The translations under genes were made by a program, and so were the position numbers. Shown here in pieces: positions 17,518-27,594 of a DNA stretch of 64,000 bases (its first letter is position 1; each line of letters begins with the position of its first letter). The DNA is taken from the sequence record MZ065353.1; one strand, written 5' to 3'. Source of the stretch: Escherichia virus KFS-EC3. The notes beneath the pieces were generated by a model. That model saw only the letters and a list, made by a program, of their open reading frames with translations. It made no database searches and was not told the origin of the DNA.

Positions 17518-18833
17518 CATTTGATGATTTGACAGAAGGCCAGAAAAATGCCTTTAACATCGTTATGAGGGCTATTAAAGAAAAGAAACATCATGTAACT
17601 ATTAATGGACCTGCTGGTACTGGTAAGACTACTCTTACTAAGTTCATCATTGAAGCCTTAATATCTACAGGCGAAACTGGCATTATTTTAGCAGCTCCTA
17701 CTCATGCAGCTAAAAAGATTCTTTCAAAACTGTCAGGGAAAGAAGCGAGTACTATTCACAGTATTCTTAAAATTAACCCAGTAACATACGAAGAAAACGT
17801 TCTTTTTGAGCAAAAAGAAGTACCGGATTTGGCTAAATGCAGGGTATTAATCTGCGACGAAGTGTCAATGTATGATAGAAAGCTATTTAAAATTTTGCTT
17901 TCAACTATCCCGCCATGGTGTACTATAATTGGAATAGGAGATAATAAGCAAATTAGACCTGTTGACCCAGGAGAAAACACTGCTTATATCAGTCCGTTCT
18001 TTACGCACAAAGACTTTTATCAGTGTGAACTCACTGAAGTTAAACGCAGTAATGCTCCTATTATTGATGTAGCTACTGATGTTCGCAACGGTAAGTGGAT
18101 TTATGATAAAGTTGTTGACGGGCATGGAGTACGTGGATTTACTGGTGATACCGCTTTACGCGATTTTATGGTAAATTATTTTTCAATTGTAAAATCACTA
18201 GATGATTTGTTTGAAAATCGCGTAATGGCATTTACGAATAAATCTGTTGATAAGTTAAATAGCATTATTCGCAAAAAGATTTTTGAAACTGATAAAGATT
18301 TTATCGTTGGTGAAATTATTGTAATGCAGGAACCATTAATTAAAACATATAAAATTGATGGAAAGCCTGTGTCAGAAATTATTTTTAATAACGGACAATT
18401 AGTTCGTATTATAGAAGCAGAGTATACATCAACATTTGTTAAAGCTCGTGGTGTTTCTGGAGAATATCTAATTCGTCATTGGGATTTAACAGTAGAAACT
18501 TACGGCGATGATGAATATTATCGTGAAAAGATTAAAATAATTTCATCTGATGAAGAGCTGTATAAGTTTAACTTATTTTTAGGTAAAACGGCAGAAACTT
18601 ATAAAAATTGGAATAAAGGTGGAAAAGCTCCATGGAGTGATTTTTGGGATGCTAAATCACAGTTTAGTAAAGTGAAAGCACTTCCTGCATCAACATTCCA
18701 TAAAGCACAGGGTATGTCTGTAGACCGTGCTTTTATCTATACGCCTTGTATCCATTATGCAGATGCTGAACTAGCTCAGCAGCTTCTTTATGTTGGTGTC
18801 ACTCGTGGTCGTTATGATGTGTTTTATGTGTGA
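17514..18833 (+). CDS. dda: DNA helicase Dda (SF1B)
   Basis: 439 aa; Walker A GPAGTGKT; matches T4 Dda length. Confidence 0.95.
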   Translation: MTFDDLTEGQKNAFNIVMRAIKEKKHHVTINGPAGTGKTTLTKFIIEALISTGETGIILAAPTHAAKKILSKLSGKEASTIHSILKINPVTYEENVLFEQKEVPDLAKCRVLICDEVSMYDRKLFKILLSTIPPWCTIIGIGDNKQIRPVDPGENTAYISPFFTHKDFYQCELTEVKRSNAPIIDVATDVRNGKWIYDKVVDGHGVRGFTGDTALRDFMVNYFSIVKSLDDLFENRVMAFTNKSVDKLNSIIRKKIFETDKDFIVGEIIVMQEPLIKTYKIDGKPVSEIIFNNGQLVRIIEAEYTSTFVKARGVSGEYLIRHWDLTVETYGDDEYYREKIKIISSDEELYKFNLFLGKTAETYKNWNKGGKAPWSDFWDAKSQFSKVKALPASTFHKAQGMSVDRAFIYTPCIHYADAELAQQLLYVGVTRGRYDVFYV

Positions 18834-18839
18834 GGATAT

Positions 18840-19100
18840 ATGATTAACATCAATTCAAAATATTTAAATCGTCTAATAGATGGTATAAAGAAGCATACTG
18901 ATAAGCAAGATAATCTCAGTGTTATGGTAACAGGAGCTGAGCTCCTTTATAAGCTTAATCTTATAAGTGATACTATACTGGCAATTAAACGAATTGAAAA
19001 ACAATCATATCATAGTAATACAGATACGGTAATTACATTAGATGAAAGTGTCTGTAAGCTGCTAATTAAATTTGAGGAAGCTATTCGTGGAAATAACTAA
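18840..19100 (+). CDS. hypothetical protein (86 aa), paralog 1 of 3
   Basis: ORF with SD GAGGATAT. Confidence 0.45.
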   Translation: MININSKYLNRLIDGIKKHTDKQDNLSVMVTGAELLYKLNLISDTILAIKRIEKQSYHSNTDTVITLDESVCKLLIKFEEAIRGNN

Positions 19101-19332
19101 AGACCAGTTTTATCTACTTCAAGATAAAGTGAGCGAAATTTATGAAATAGCTTATAGTAAAAATCGCAAAAACGTGAAAATTGAATCGGGAAAGTTAATG
19201 CTTCAATTGGAAGAAATTGAACGAGATTTGATTGCATTAGAATTCTTTTGTGGTGAAGTGAAAACTGTTACAATCAGTGATTATGTTTTAGGCGAAATTA
19301 GCCATCTTTATAAGGCGGTTATTAATGATTGA
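19072..19332 (+). CDS. hypothetical protein (about 81-86 aa), paralog 2 of 3
   Basis: Non-ATG start (TTG 19072 or GTG 19087); C-terminal DYVLGEISHLYKAV. Confidence 0.4.
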   Translation: MRKLFVEITKDQFYLLQDKVSEIYEIAYSKNRKNVKIESGKLMLQLEEIERDLIALEFFCGEVKTVTISDYVLGEISHLYKAVIND

Positions 19333-19567
19333 ATTAAGTTTGCATCAGTTTAAATCTCTTATGGCAAATGTTAAAGCTGTCATTCAAGAAAATTCAGGAC
19401 CTGATAATGTTACTATTCGCGAAAAAGCTTTAAAGATAGTATACAGTCTTGAAGAGATACAAAAAGATATTGAATCTATGGCAAAATTTATTGATGAGCC
19501 CATTAATAAAGTTTATATCCAAGATTATACTGTAGGTCAAATTCGCGATTTAGCGAGGAAAATTTAA
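19325..19567 (+). CDS. hypothetical protein (80 aa), paralog 3 of 3
   Basis: C-terminal DYTVGQIRDLARKI resembles previous ORF. Confidence 0.45.
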   Translation: MIELSLHQFKSLMANVKAVIQENSGPDNVTIREKALKIVYSLEEIQKDIESMAKFIDEPINKVYIQDYTVGQIRDLARKI

Positions 19568-20250
19568 TGTTTGATTTTATTATAGATTTTGAAACAATGG
19601 GAAGCGGTGAAAAAGCAGCTGTTATTGACTTAGCTGTTATTGCCTTTGACCCTAACCCAGAAGTAGTTGAATCCTTTGATGAATTAGTTTCACGCGGCAT
19701 TAAAATCAAGTTTGATTTAAAAAGCCAAAAAGGACATCGTCTTTTTACTAAAAGCACTATCGAATGGTGGAAAAATCAGTCTCCTGAAGCTCGAAAAAAT
19801 ATTGCGCCATCAGATGAAGATGTAAGCACTATCGATGGTATTGCAAAATTTAATGATTACATCAATGCACATAACATCGATCCTTGGAAATCTCAAGGCT
19901 GGTGCCGTGGAATGTCGTTTGATTTTCCAATTTTAGTCGATCTCATTCGCGATATTCAGCGTCTTAACGGCGTTTCTGAGAATGAACTTGACACATTTAA
20001 GTTAGAACCATGTAAATTCTGGAATCAACGTGATATTCGTACTAGAATTGAAGCACTTTTGCTTGTTCGTGATATGACCACGTGTCCTCTTCCAAAGGGA
20101 ACTTTAGATGGATTCGTTGCACATGATTCTATTCATGACTGTGCGAAAGACATCCTGATGATGAAGTATGCTTTGCGATATGCTATGGGTCTTGAAGATG
20201 CTCCGTCAGAGGAAGATTGCGATCCTCTATCCCTTCCAACAAAACGATAA
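19567..20250 (+). CDS. dexA: exonuclease A DexA
   Basis: 227 aa; DEDD-like N-terminus FDFIIDFETMG; matches T4 DexA length. Confidence 0.9.
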   Translation: MFDFIIDFETMGSGEKAAVIDLAVIAFDPNPEVVESFDELVSRGIKIKFDLKSQKGHRLFTKSTIEWWKNQSPEARKNIAPSDEDVSTIDGIAKFNDYINAHNIDPWKSQGWCRGMSFDFPILVDLIRDIQRLNGVSENELDTFKLEPCKFWNQRDIRTRIEALLLVRDMTTCPLPKGTLDGFVAHDSIHDCAKDILMMKYALRYAMGLEDAPSEEDCDPLSLPTKR

Positions 20251-20408
20251 AAAGTTGTTTACTTCCTCGGTTAGTTATGGTATTATAACACCATAGCTAC
20301 TGAGGATAATAAAATGAAAATTTATCGTGTTGAACTTCTGAACGTTGTTCATGCAGGTGATTTTAGCGTAGTACCTCGTAGTGCAGTGGTAGCTATTTTA
20401 AATTAATA

Positions 20409-20438
20409 GTTTACAAACTCTTGGGACCAGAGTATAAT
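20409..20438 (+). promoter_or_regulatory. early promoter upstream of motB
   Basis: TAG-TTTACA-N17-TATAAT; inverted repeat GGACC/GGTCC around -10. Confidence 0.5.
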
Positions 20439-20482
20439 GGTCCTGTGGAGTATAAAATCTTTTTAACAAGTGAGAGATAACT

Positions 20483-20971
20483 ATGATTATTAATATTGGT
20501 GAAATTGCTCGTGTATCTGATAAATCACGTTCTAAAGCAGCAGGAAAATTGGTCGAAATTGTAAGCATTCAGCTTAAACATGGTGTTAAAGATGAAGATT
20601 CTGAAGTAAAAGTGCGTATCATTCCTAAAGATGGAAAGTCTAAACCTCAGTTTGGCTATGTTCGTGCGAAATTTCTTGAGTCTGCGTTTTTGAAAGCTGT
20701 TCCTGCTAAAGGAATTGAAACGATTGATACTTCGCATGTAGGTGTAGACTTTAAGTGGAAACTCGGTCAGGCTATTAAGTTCATTGCTCCTTGTGAATTT
20801 AAATTTATCAAAGATGATGGTGTGGCTGTTTATACTCGTGCTATGTGCGCATACATTACCGATCAGTGGGTAGAAGACGGTGTTAAGCTGTATAATGTGG
20901 TATTTTTAGGAACATACAAAGTCATTCCTGAAAGCTGGATTAAACACTATAGCAAAGCTCTCTATGCATAA
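20483..20971 (+). CDS. motB: MotB-like protein
   Basis: 162 aa, same length and position as T4 MotB. Confidence 0.7.
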   Translation: MIINIGEIARVSDKSRSKAAGKLVEIVSIQLKHGVKDEDSEVKVRIIPKDGKSKPQFGYVRAKFLESAFLKAVPAKGIETIDTSHVGVDFKWKLGQAIKFIAPCEFKFIKDDGVAVYTRAMCAYITDQWVEDGVKLYNVVFLGTYKVIPESWIKHYSKALYA

Positions 20972-20987
20972 AGTTTAAGGAATTATT

Positions 20988-21407
20988 ATGAATATTGTAA
21001 ATCTCTCTACTGGTGATTACGTATATGTATCCGTTGCTTCTCGTTCTAAAGTTGCAGGAAAGCTGGTTGAAGTTCTTTCTATAAGTGATCCAGTTTTTGG
21101 TCGTAACGAGGTTAAAGTTCGTGACGCTGATGGTAACATTGGTTATGTCTCAAGCCAATTCATTGAGCCAGAAGAAAGCGCATTTAAATGGAAACTTTGT
21201 TCTTCAGTTTTAGTTGTAAAAGACCATAAATTCACAATTGCGGCGGCAACAGATGGAACTCCGTGGACAACGAATCAAGTCGCTGGTTTTATTTCGGACC
21301 GTTGGGTAGAAGATGGCGTCAAGCTCTACAATATTGTTTTTGCAGGCCAGTTCATGGTAGTTCCTGAATTCCAAATTAAAAAATGGTGCGAAGCAGCTTT
21401 AGCATAA
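20988..21407 (+). CDS. MotB paralog (139 aa)
   Basis: Shares SRSKxAGKLVExxSI and WVEDGVKLYNxVF blocks with the upstream MotB-like ORF. Confidence 0.6.
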   Translation: MNIVNLSTGDYVYVSVASRSKVAGKLVEVLSISDPVFGRNEVKVRDADGNIGYVSSQFIEPEESAFKWKLCSSVLVVKDHKFTIAAATDGTPWTTNQVAGFISDRWVEDGVKLYNIVFAGQFMVVPEFQIKKWCEAALA

Positions 21408-21514
21408 ATTTGCATAAAGTTTAAAATTTTTTCATAAAACTATATACATCAGTAGTTGATTATGGTACTATATCAATATCAACTACTGATACAGAAAACA
21501 ACTTGGAGAATAAA

Positions 21515-21784
21515 ATGGAAAACTTAATTATCATCGAACAATCTTTCAACGATTATGGTATGGCTTATGGTTATCGTGCGATAATGGAAGATTCTCGTGG
21601 ATGTGTTATCGATATTGCTGAATGTAAAGATTTACTGCAGCTTTTGAAGATTGTTCGTAAAAATTGGGATTGTGAAAACATTAAAGTTCGTGTTGTAACG
21701 GAAGAAGAAACTGTTTTTCATGATGTAAAATTTGCCAAAGGTGCTGCTACTCTTCTGAAACGCATTGCTCCACTGTTCAATTAA
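21515..21784 (+). CDS. hypothetical protein (89 aa)
   Basis: ATG after SD GGAGAATAAA; preceded by degenerate cassette promoter. Confidence 0.45.
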   Translation: MENLIIIEQSFNDYGMAYGYRAIMEDSRGCVIDIAECKDLLQLLKIVRKNWDCENIKVRVVTEEETVFHDVKFAKGAATLLKRIAPLFN

Positions 21785-21797
21785 TGAGGAAATTGTA

Positions 21798-22013
21798 ATG
21801 AAACGTAAAATTGTTCAGAACTGCACTAATGACGAATTTGAAGATGTATTATTCGATCCAGATTTGGTAGTAGTTCAAAAGGAACATACTGTTAAGTTTA
21901 CTCACTTGACTTCGGTTTATGTGTATGAGAAAGTCGGCGATAAACAGCCAATTTACGGTGTATTTCGTGAAATTACTGAAGATGGCACAACTTACTGGAA
22001 GGAAATTTATTAA
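21798..22013 (+). CDS. hypothetical protein (71 aa)
   Basis: ATG after SD GAGGAAATTGTA. Confidence 0.4.
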   Translation: MKRKIVQNCTNDEFEDVLFDPDLVVVQKEHTVKFTHLTSVYVYEKVGDKQPIYGVFREITEDGTTYWKEIY

Positions 22014-22432
22014 TGGCTATTAAATTTGAAGTTAATAAATGGTATCAATTTAAAAATAAACAGGCTCAAGAAAATTTTATTAAAGACCATACTGATAACG
22101 GAATCTATGCACGACGTTTAGGTATGGAACCTTTTAAAATTTTAGATGTGGACTATTACGGGCGTCCTACTAAAATTGTGACATCTACTGGCACAGTTGG
22201 ATATGCAACACATGGTGATATCCTTGACGAAAACTTTATCTGGCTTTCTACTAACGAAGCTGGGTTCTTTGATGAAGTGGAAAATCCATACCAGGCATCT
22301 GAAGAACAAGAGCAGGAAGAGCAAGAACAAATAGAAGATTTCACAGAATTCCCAGTCATGAAAGTTACTATTGAAAATAATGAACAGGCATGGTCCTTGT
22401 ATCAGATGTTGAAAGCACACTTTAAGGAATAA
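22013..22432 (+). CDS. hypothetical protein (139 aa) with acidic EQ-repeat tract
   Basis: ORF start overlaps previous stop; [10 protein letters not shown] stretch. Confidence 0.5.
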   Translation: MAIKFEVNKWYQFKNKQAQENFIKDHTDNGIYARRLGMEPFKILDVDYYGRPTKIVTSTGTVGYATHGDILDENFIWLSTNEAGFFDEVENPYQASEEQEQEEQEQIEDFTEFPVMKVTIENNEQAWSLYQMLKAHFKE

Positions 22433-22434
22433 TT

Positions 22435-22611
22435 ATGCCAATGTATGATTATAAATGCCAATCCGAAGATTGCGGGCATGAATATGAAAAAATTAAAAAG
22501 ATTTCTGAACGAGAAAATGATGTTTGCCCTAAATGTCATCGTTTGTCTACTCGTCGGCCTTCTGCTCCTAAGCATGTAAATGGTGGTTTTTACGACTTAC
22601 TTAAAGGGTAA
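22435..22611 (+). CDS. small zinc-ribbon protein (58 aa)
   Basis: SD AAGGA; MPMYDYKCQSEDCGHEY...CPKCHRL with two CxxC pairs; below ORF-track cutoff. Confidence 0.5.
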   Translation: MPMYDYKCQSEDCGHEYEKIKKISERENDVCPKCHRLSTRRPSAPKHVNGGFYDLLKG

Positions 22612-22613
22612 TT

Positions 22614-22985
22614 ATGTTTAAAATCGGTAAGAAATATCGTATTCGCGAAGGTGAAGAACAGAAATATCTACTTTCTGCTAGTAATAGGAATAGTTCTATT
22701 AATGCCGTAATATCTACAAGCGAATTTATCGTTGAAGATATGAAAGGTCATAATGTTACAATGATTAGTACAGCATCTGGAAATGATGGAAAAATTCTTC
22801 ATAGTTGTCAGAGTAATGTTCTAATTTATGATGAAGAATTTGACTTCTTCAAAGAAGTTTCCGAAGATTTTAATTTTGAATGTACTATCACTATGAAATC
22901 TGGCGACCCTCTTTCTTTTACAGTTAAAGATGAAAGAAGTCGCTTGAGAATTATTAGTCTCCTTCAAGCCATTAAATTTGAGTGA
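22614..22985 (+). CDS. hypothetical protein (123 aa)
   Basis: ORF immediately after the zinc-ribbon ORF. Confidence 0.5.
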   Translation: MFKIGKKYRIREGEEQKYLLSASNRNSSINAVISTSEFIVEDMKGHNVTMISTASGNDGKILHSCQSNVLIYDEEFDFFKEVSEDFNFECTITMKSGDPLSFTVKDERSRLRIISLLQAIKFE

Positions 22986-22989
22986 AATT

Positions 22990-23250
22990 ATGAAATATGT
23001 TAATCGTTCTATCGCGGCATTAGTATTAGCAGTATCTTTAGTAGGATGTACTGATGCTGATAATGCAACCAAAGTTTTGTCTTCAAGTGGTTTTACTAAT
23101 ATTGAAATCACTGGATATAATTGGTTCGGTTGCTCTGAAAATGATTTCCAGCATACTGGATTTCGTGCTATTGGACCTACCGGGCAGAAAGTAGAAGGAA
23201 CCGTATGTTCTGGTCTATTCTTCAAGGATTCGACTATCCGTTTTAAATAA
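22990..23250 (+). CDS. predicted lipoprotein (86 aa)
   Basis: ATG-initiated signal peptide with lipobox LVGC. Confidence 0.5.
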   Translation: MKYVNRSIAALVLAVSLVGCTDADNATKVLSSSGFTNIEITGYNWFGCSENDFQHTGFRAIGPTGQKVEGTVCSGLFFKDSTIRFK

Positions 23251-23251
23251 A

Positions 23252-23268
23252 AGGCCTTCGGGCCTTTA
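23252..23268 (+). terminator. terminator-like hairpin
   Basis: AGGCC-TTCG-GGCCT hairpin with short T-run. Confidence 0.45.
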
Positions 23269-23319
23269 GCTTTATGATTACCGGAGTATAATATTCCCGA
23301 AACCAAACGAGGATAAGTG

Positions 23320-25137
23320 ATGATTAAGAATGAAATTAAAATTCTGAGCGATATTGAACATATCAAAAAGCGTAGCGGCATGTACATTGGTTCTTCTGCT
23401 AATGAAATGCATGAGCGCTTTCTGTTTGGTAAATGGGAAAGTGTTCAGTATGTACCTGGTCTTGTTAAGCTTATTGATGAAATTATCGATAACTCAGTAG
23501 ATGAAGGTATTCGTACTAAGTTTAAATTCGCGAATAAAATTAATGTTACTATTAAAAACAATCAAGTAACAGTTGAAGATAACGGTCGTGGTATTCCACA
23601 AGCGATGGTTAAAACACCTACTGGTGAAGAAATTCCTGGTCCTGTTGCTGCCTGGACTATTCCAAAAGCAGGTGGTAACTTTGGTGATGATAAAGAACGC
23701 GTCACTGGCGGTATGAATGGTGTTGGTTCTAGTTTAACTAACATTTTTTCTGTGATGTTTGTTGGTGAAACTGGCGACGGTCAAAATAATATTGTAGTTC
23801 GTTGTTCAAATGGCATGGAAAATAAATCATGGGAAACTATTCCTGGAAAATGGAAAGGAACTCGTGTTACTTTCATTCCTGATTTTATGTCATTTGAAAC
23901 TAATGAGCTATCTCAAGTTTATCTTGACATTACACTGGATCGTCTCCAGACACTTGCAGTAGTTTATCCTGATATTCAATTTACCTTTAACGGTAAAAAG
24001 GTTCAGGGTAATTTTAAGAAATATGCACGCCAATATGATGAGCATGCTATCGTTCAAGAACAGGAAAACTGTTCTATTGCGGTCGGTCGTTCACCCGACG
24101 GTTTTCGTCAATTAACATACGTTAATAACATTCATACTAAGAATGGTGGCCATCACATTGACTGTGTTATGGATGATATTTGTGAAGACCTTATTCCACA
24201 AATCAAACGTAAATTTAAAATTGACGTAACTAAAGCACGTGTTAAAGAATGTTTGACTATCGTTATGTTTGTTCGTGATATGAAAAACATGCGATTTGAT
24301 TCTCAGACTAAAGAGCGTTTGACTTCTCCATTTGGTGAAATTCGTAGTCATATTCAGCTTGATGCTAAAAAGATTTCACGTGCTATTTTAAATAATGAAG
24401 CAATTTTAATGCCAATTATTGAAGCTGCTTTGGCTCGTAAATTGGCGGCAGAAAAAGCAGCAGAAACTAAAGCAGCTAAAAAGGCTTCTAAAGCTAAGGT
24501 TCATAAACATATTAAAGCGAATCTTTGTGGTAAAGATGCTGACACGACTCTTTTCTTGACTGAGGGTGATTCTGCTATCGGATATCTTATTGATGTTCGT
24601 GATAAAGAACTTCATGGTGGTTATCCATTACGTGGTAAAGTTCTCAACAGTTGGGGTATGTCATATGCTGATATGCTTAAAAATAAAGAACTGTTTGATA
24701 TTTGCGCAATCACTGGATTAGTTCTTGGTGAAAAGGCTGAAAACTTAAATTATCATAATATTGCCATTATGACTGACGCTGACCATGATGGTCTAGGAAG
24801 CATTTATCCTTCTCTGCTCGGATTTTTTAGTAATTGGCCAGAACTGTTTGAACAAGGAAGAATTCGCTTTGTCAAAACTCCTGTAATCATCGCTCAGGTC
24901 GGTAAAAAACAAGAATGGTTTTATACAGTCGCTGAATATGAGAGTGCCAAAGATGCTCTACCTAAACATAGCATCCGTTATATTAAAGGACTTGGCTCTT
25001 TGGAAAAATCTGAATATCGTGAGATGATTCAAAATCCAGTATATGATGTTGTTAAACTTCCTGAGAACTGGAAAGAGCTTTTTGAAATGCTCATGGGAGA
25101 TAATGCTGACCTTCGTAAAGAATGGATGAGCCAATAG
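23320..25137 (+). CDS. 39: DNA topoisomerase II large subunit (GyrB-like), unsplit gp39 (39+60 equivalent)
   Basis: 605 aa continuous ORF with ATPase and Toprim regions; no gene 60 split. Confidence 0.9.
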   Translation: MIKNEIKILSDIEHIKKRSGMYIGSSANEMHERFLFGKWESVQYVPGLVKLIDEIIDNSVDEGIRTKFKFANKINVTIKNNQVTVEDNGRGIPQAMVKTPTGEEIPGPVAAWTIPKAGGNFGDDKERVTGGMNGVGSSLTNIFSVMFVGETGDGQNNIVVRCSNGMENKSWETIPGKWKGTRVTFIPDFMSFETNELSQVYLDITLDRLQTLAVVYPDIQFTFNGKKVQGNFKKYARQYDEHAIVQEQENCSIAVGRSPDGFRQLTYVNNIHTKNGGHHIDCVMDDICEDLIPQIKRKFKIDVTKARVKECLTIVMFVRDMKNMRFDSQTKERLTSPFGEIRSHIQLDAKKISRAILNNEAILMPIIEAALARKLAAEKAAETKAAKKASKAKVHKHIKANLCGKDADTTLFLTEGDSAIGYLIDVRDKELHGGYPLRGKVLNSWGMSYADMLKNKELFDICAITGLVLGEKAENLNYHNIAIMTDADHDGLGSIYPSLLGFFSNWPELFEQGRIRFVKTPVIIAQVGKKQEWFYTVAEYESAKDALPKHSIRYIKGLGSLEKSEYREMIQNPVYDVVKLPENWKELFEMLMGDNADLRKEWMSQ

Positions 25138-25166
25138 TTTACTTTACCACAAGGATGTGGTATAAT
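25137..25166 (+). promoter_or_regulatory. early promoter
   Basis: TAG-TTTACT-N17-TATAAT; inverted repeat CCACA/TGTGG. Confidence 0.5.
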
Positions 25167-25191
25167 TAATTGGGCAAATGAGGATATTGAA

Positions 25192-25395
25192 ATGAAATCA
25201 TATAAAGTAAATTTAGAACTTTTTGATAAAGCAGTTCATCGAGAATATAGAATCATTCAACGCTTTTTCGATATGGGAGAAGCCGAAGAGTTTAAAAACC
25301 GCTTTAAGGATATTAGAGATAAAATTCAATCCGACACCGCAACTAAAGATGAACTACTAGAAGTTGCTGAAGTTATTAAACGCAATATGAATTAA
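25192..25395 (+). CDS. hypothetical protein (67 aa)
   Basis: ORF with SD GAGGATATTGAA. Confidence 0.5.
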   Translation: MKSYKVNLELFDKAVHREYRIIQRFFDMGEAEEFKNRFKDIRDKIQSDTATKDELLEVAEVIKRNMN

Positions 25396-25405
25396 TGAGG
25401 AAATT

Positions 25406-27583
25406 ATGATTATCACCACTGAAAAAGAAACAATTCTTGGTAATGGTTCTAAATCAAAAGCATTTAGCATCACAGCGTCTCCTAAAGTATTTAAAATTCT
25501 ATCATCTGATTTGTATACAAACAAGATTCGCGCAGTAGTTCGTGAATTGATTACTAATATGATTGATGCCCATGCTCTTAATGGAAATCCTGAAAAATTT
25601 ATCATACAAGTTCCAGGACGATTAGATCCGCGATTTGTTTGCCGAGATTTTGGTCCAGGTATGAGCGATTTTGATATTCAGGGTGATGATAATTCTCCTG
25701 GGTTGTATAATTCATACTTTAGTTCATCTAAGGCTGAATCTAACGATTTCATTGGTGGATTTGGTTTAGGTTCTAAATCTCCGTTTAGTTATACTGATAC
25801 GTTCAGTATTACTTCGTACCATAAAGGTGAAATTCGCGGTTATGTAGCTTATATGGATGGTGATGGTCCACAGATTAAACCTACATTCGTAAAAGAAATG
25901 GGTCCAGACGATAAAACTGGTATTGAAATCGTAGTTCCAGTTGAAGAAAAAGACTTTAGAAATTTTGCTTATGAAGTTTCTTATATCATGCGACCATTCA
26001 AAGATTTGGCTATCATTAATGGTCTTGACCGTGAAATTGATTATTTTCCGGATTTTGATGATTATTATGGCGTAAATCCAGAAAGATACTGGCCAGATCG
26101 TGGTGGATTGTATGCTATCTATGGTGGTATTGTTTATCCTATTGATGGTGTTATTAGAGACCGTAACTGGTTAAGCATTCGCAATGAAGTGAATTATATT
26201 AAGTTTCCAATGGGTTCGTTGGATATTGCTCCATCGCGTGAAGCGCTTTCATTAGATGATCGTACTCGTAAAAATATTATTGAGCGTGTTAAAGAACTCA
26301 GTGAGCAGGCATTTAATGAAGATGTAAAACGATTTAAAGAATCTACATCTCCTCGTCATACATACCGTGAATTGATGAAGATGGGATATTCTGCTCGAGA
26401 TTATATGATTAGTAATTCGGTCAAATTCACGACTAAAAATCTGTCATATAAGAAGATGCAGAGCATGTTTGAACCTGACAGTAAGTTATGTAATGCAGGA
26501 GTTGTGTATGAAGTAAATCTTGACCCTCGACTGAAACGCATTAAGCAAAGCCATGAAACTTCAGCCGTTGCATCAAGTTATCGTCTGTTTGGTATTAATG
26601 CAACAAAAATTAATATCGTTATTGATAATATTAAAAATCGTGTTAATATTGTCCGTGGATTAGCCCATGCGTTAGATGATAAAGAATTTAATAACACTTT
26701 AAATATTCACCATAATGAACGTCTTCTGTTTATTAATCCAGAAGTAGAATCGCAAATTGATTTACTTCCTGATATTATAGCAATGTTTGAAAGTGATGAA
26801 GTTAACATTCATTATTTGTCAGAAATTGAAGCTTTAGTTAAAAGCTATATTCCGAAGGTAGTTAAAAGTAAAGCTCCTCGTCCTAAAGCTGCCACAGCAT
26901 TTAAGTTTGAAATTAAAGATGGACGGTGGGAAAAAGAGGAGTTATTTACTCTCACATCAGAAGCAGATGAAATTACTGGTTATGTAGCATACATGCATCG
27001 CTCTGACATTTTCTCTATGGATGGTACTACATCTCTTTGTAATCCATCTACGAGTATTTTGATTCGTATGGCTAATCTTATTGGCATTAATGAATTTTAT
27101 GTTATTCGTCCGCTTTTACAGAAAAAGGTAAAAGAACTCGGTCAGTGCCAATGTATTTTTGAAACTCTGCGTGATTTATATGTAGATGCTTTTGATGATG
27201 TAGATTATGATAAGTATGTAGGATATTCAAGTTCAGCTCAACGATATATTGATAAAATTATTAAGTATCCTGAACTAGATTTTATGATGAAGTACTTCAG
27301 TATAGATGATGTTTCTGAAGAATATACTCGCCTTGGTAATATGGTTAGTTCATTGCGAGGTGTATATTTCAACGGTGGAAAAGATACCATCGGTCATGAT
27401 ATTTGGACAGTAACTAATCTCTTTGATGAATTGTCACGTAATGCTTCAAAAAACAGTGATAAAATGGTTGCTGAGTTTACCAAGAAATTCCGTATTGTTT
27501 CTGACTTCATCGGATATCGCAGCTCTTTAAGTGATGATGAAGTTTCCCAAATCGCTAAAACTATGAAGGCCCTTGCGGCCTAA
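25406..27583 (+). CDS. rIIA: rIIA membrane-associated protein
   Basis: 725 aa, matches T4 rIIA length; synteny with rIIB. Confidence 0.95.
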   Translation: MIITTEKETILGNGSKSKAFSITASPKVFKILSSDLYTNKIRAVVRELITNMIDAHALNGNPEKFIIQVPGRLDPRFVCRDFGPGMSDFDIQGDDNSPGLYNSYFSSSKAESNDFIGGFGLGSKSPFSYTDTFSITSYHKGEIRGYVAYMDGDGPQIKPTFVKEMGPDDKTGIEIVVPVEEKDFRNFAYEVSYIMRPFKDLAIINGLDREIDYFPDFDDYYGVNPERYWPDRGGLYAIYGGIVYPIDGVIRDRNWLSIRNEVNYIKFPMGSLDIAPSREALSLDDRTRKNIIERVKELSEQAFNEDVKRFKESTSPRHTYRELMKMGYSARDYMISNSVKFTTKNLSYKKMQSMFEPDSKLCNAGVVYEVNLDPRLKRIKQSHETSAVASSYRLFGINATKINIVIDNIKNRVNIVRGLAHALDDKEFNNTLNIHHNERLLFINPEVESQIDLLPDIIAMFESDEVNIHYLSEIEALVKSYIPKVVKSKAPRPKAATAFKFEIKDGRWEKEELFTLTSEADEITGYVAYMHRSDIFSMDGTTSLCNPSTSILIRMANLIGINEFYVIRPLLQKKVKELGQCQCIFETLRDLYVDAFDDVDYDKYVGYSSSAQRYIDKIIKYPELDFMMKYFSIDDVSEEYTRLGNMVSSLRGVYFNGGKDTIGHDIWTVTNLFDELSRNASKNSDKMVAEFTKKFRIVSDFIGYRSSLSDDEVSQIAKTMKALAA

Positions 27584-27594
27584 TAAGGAAAATT

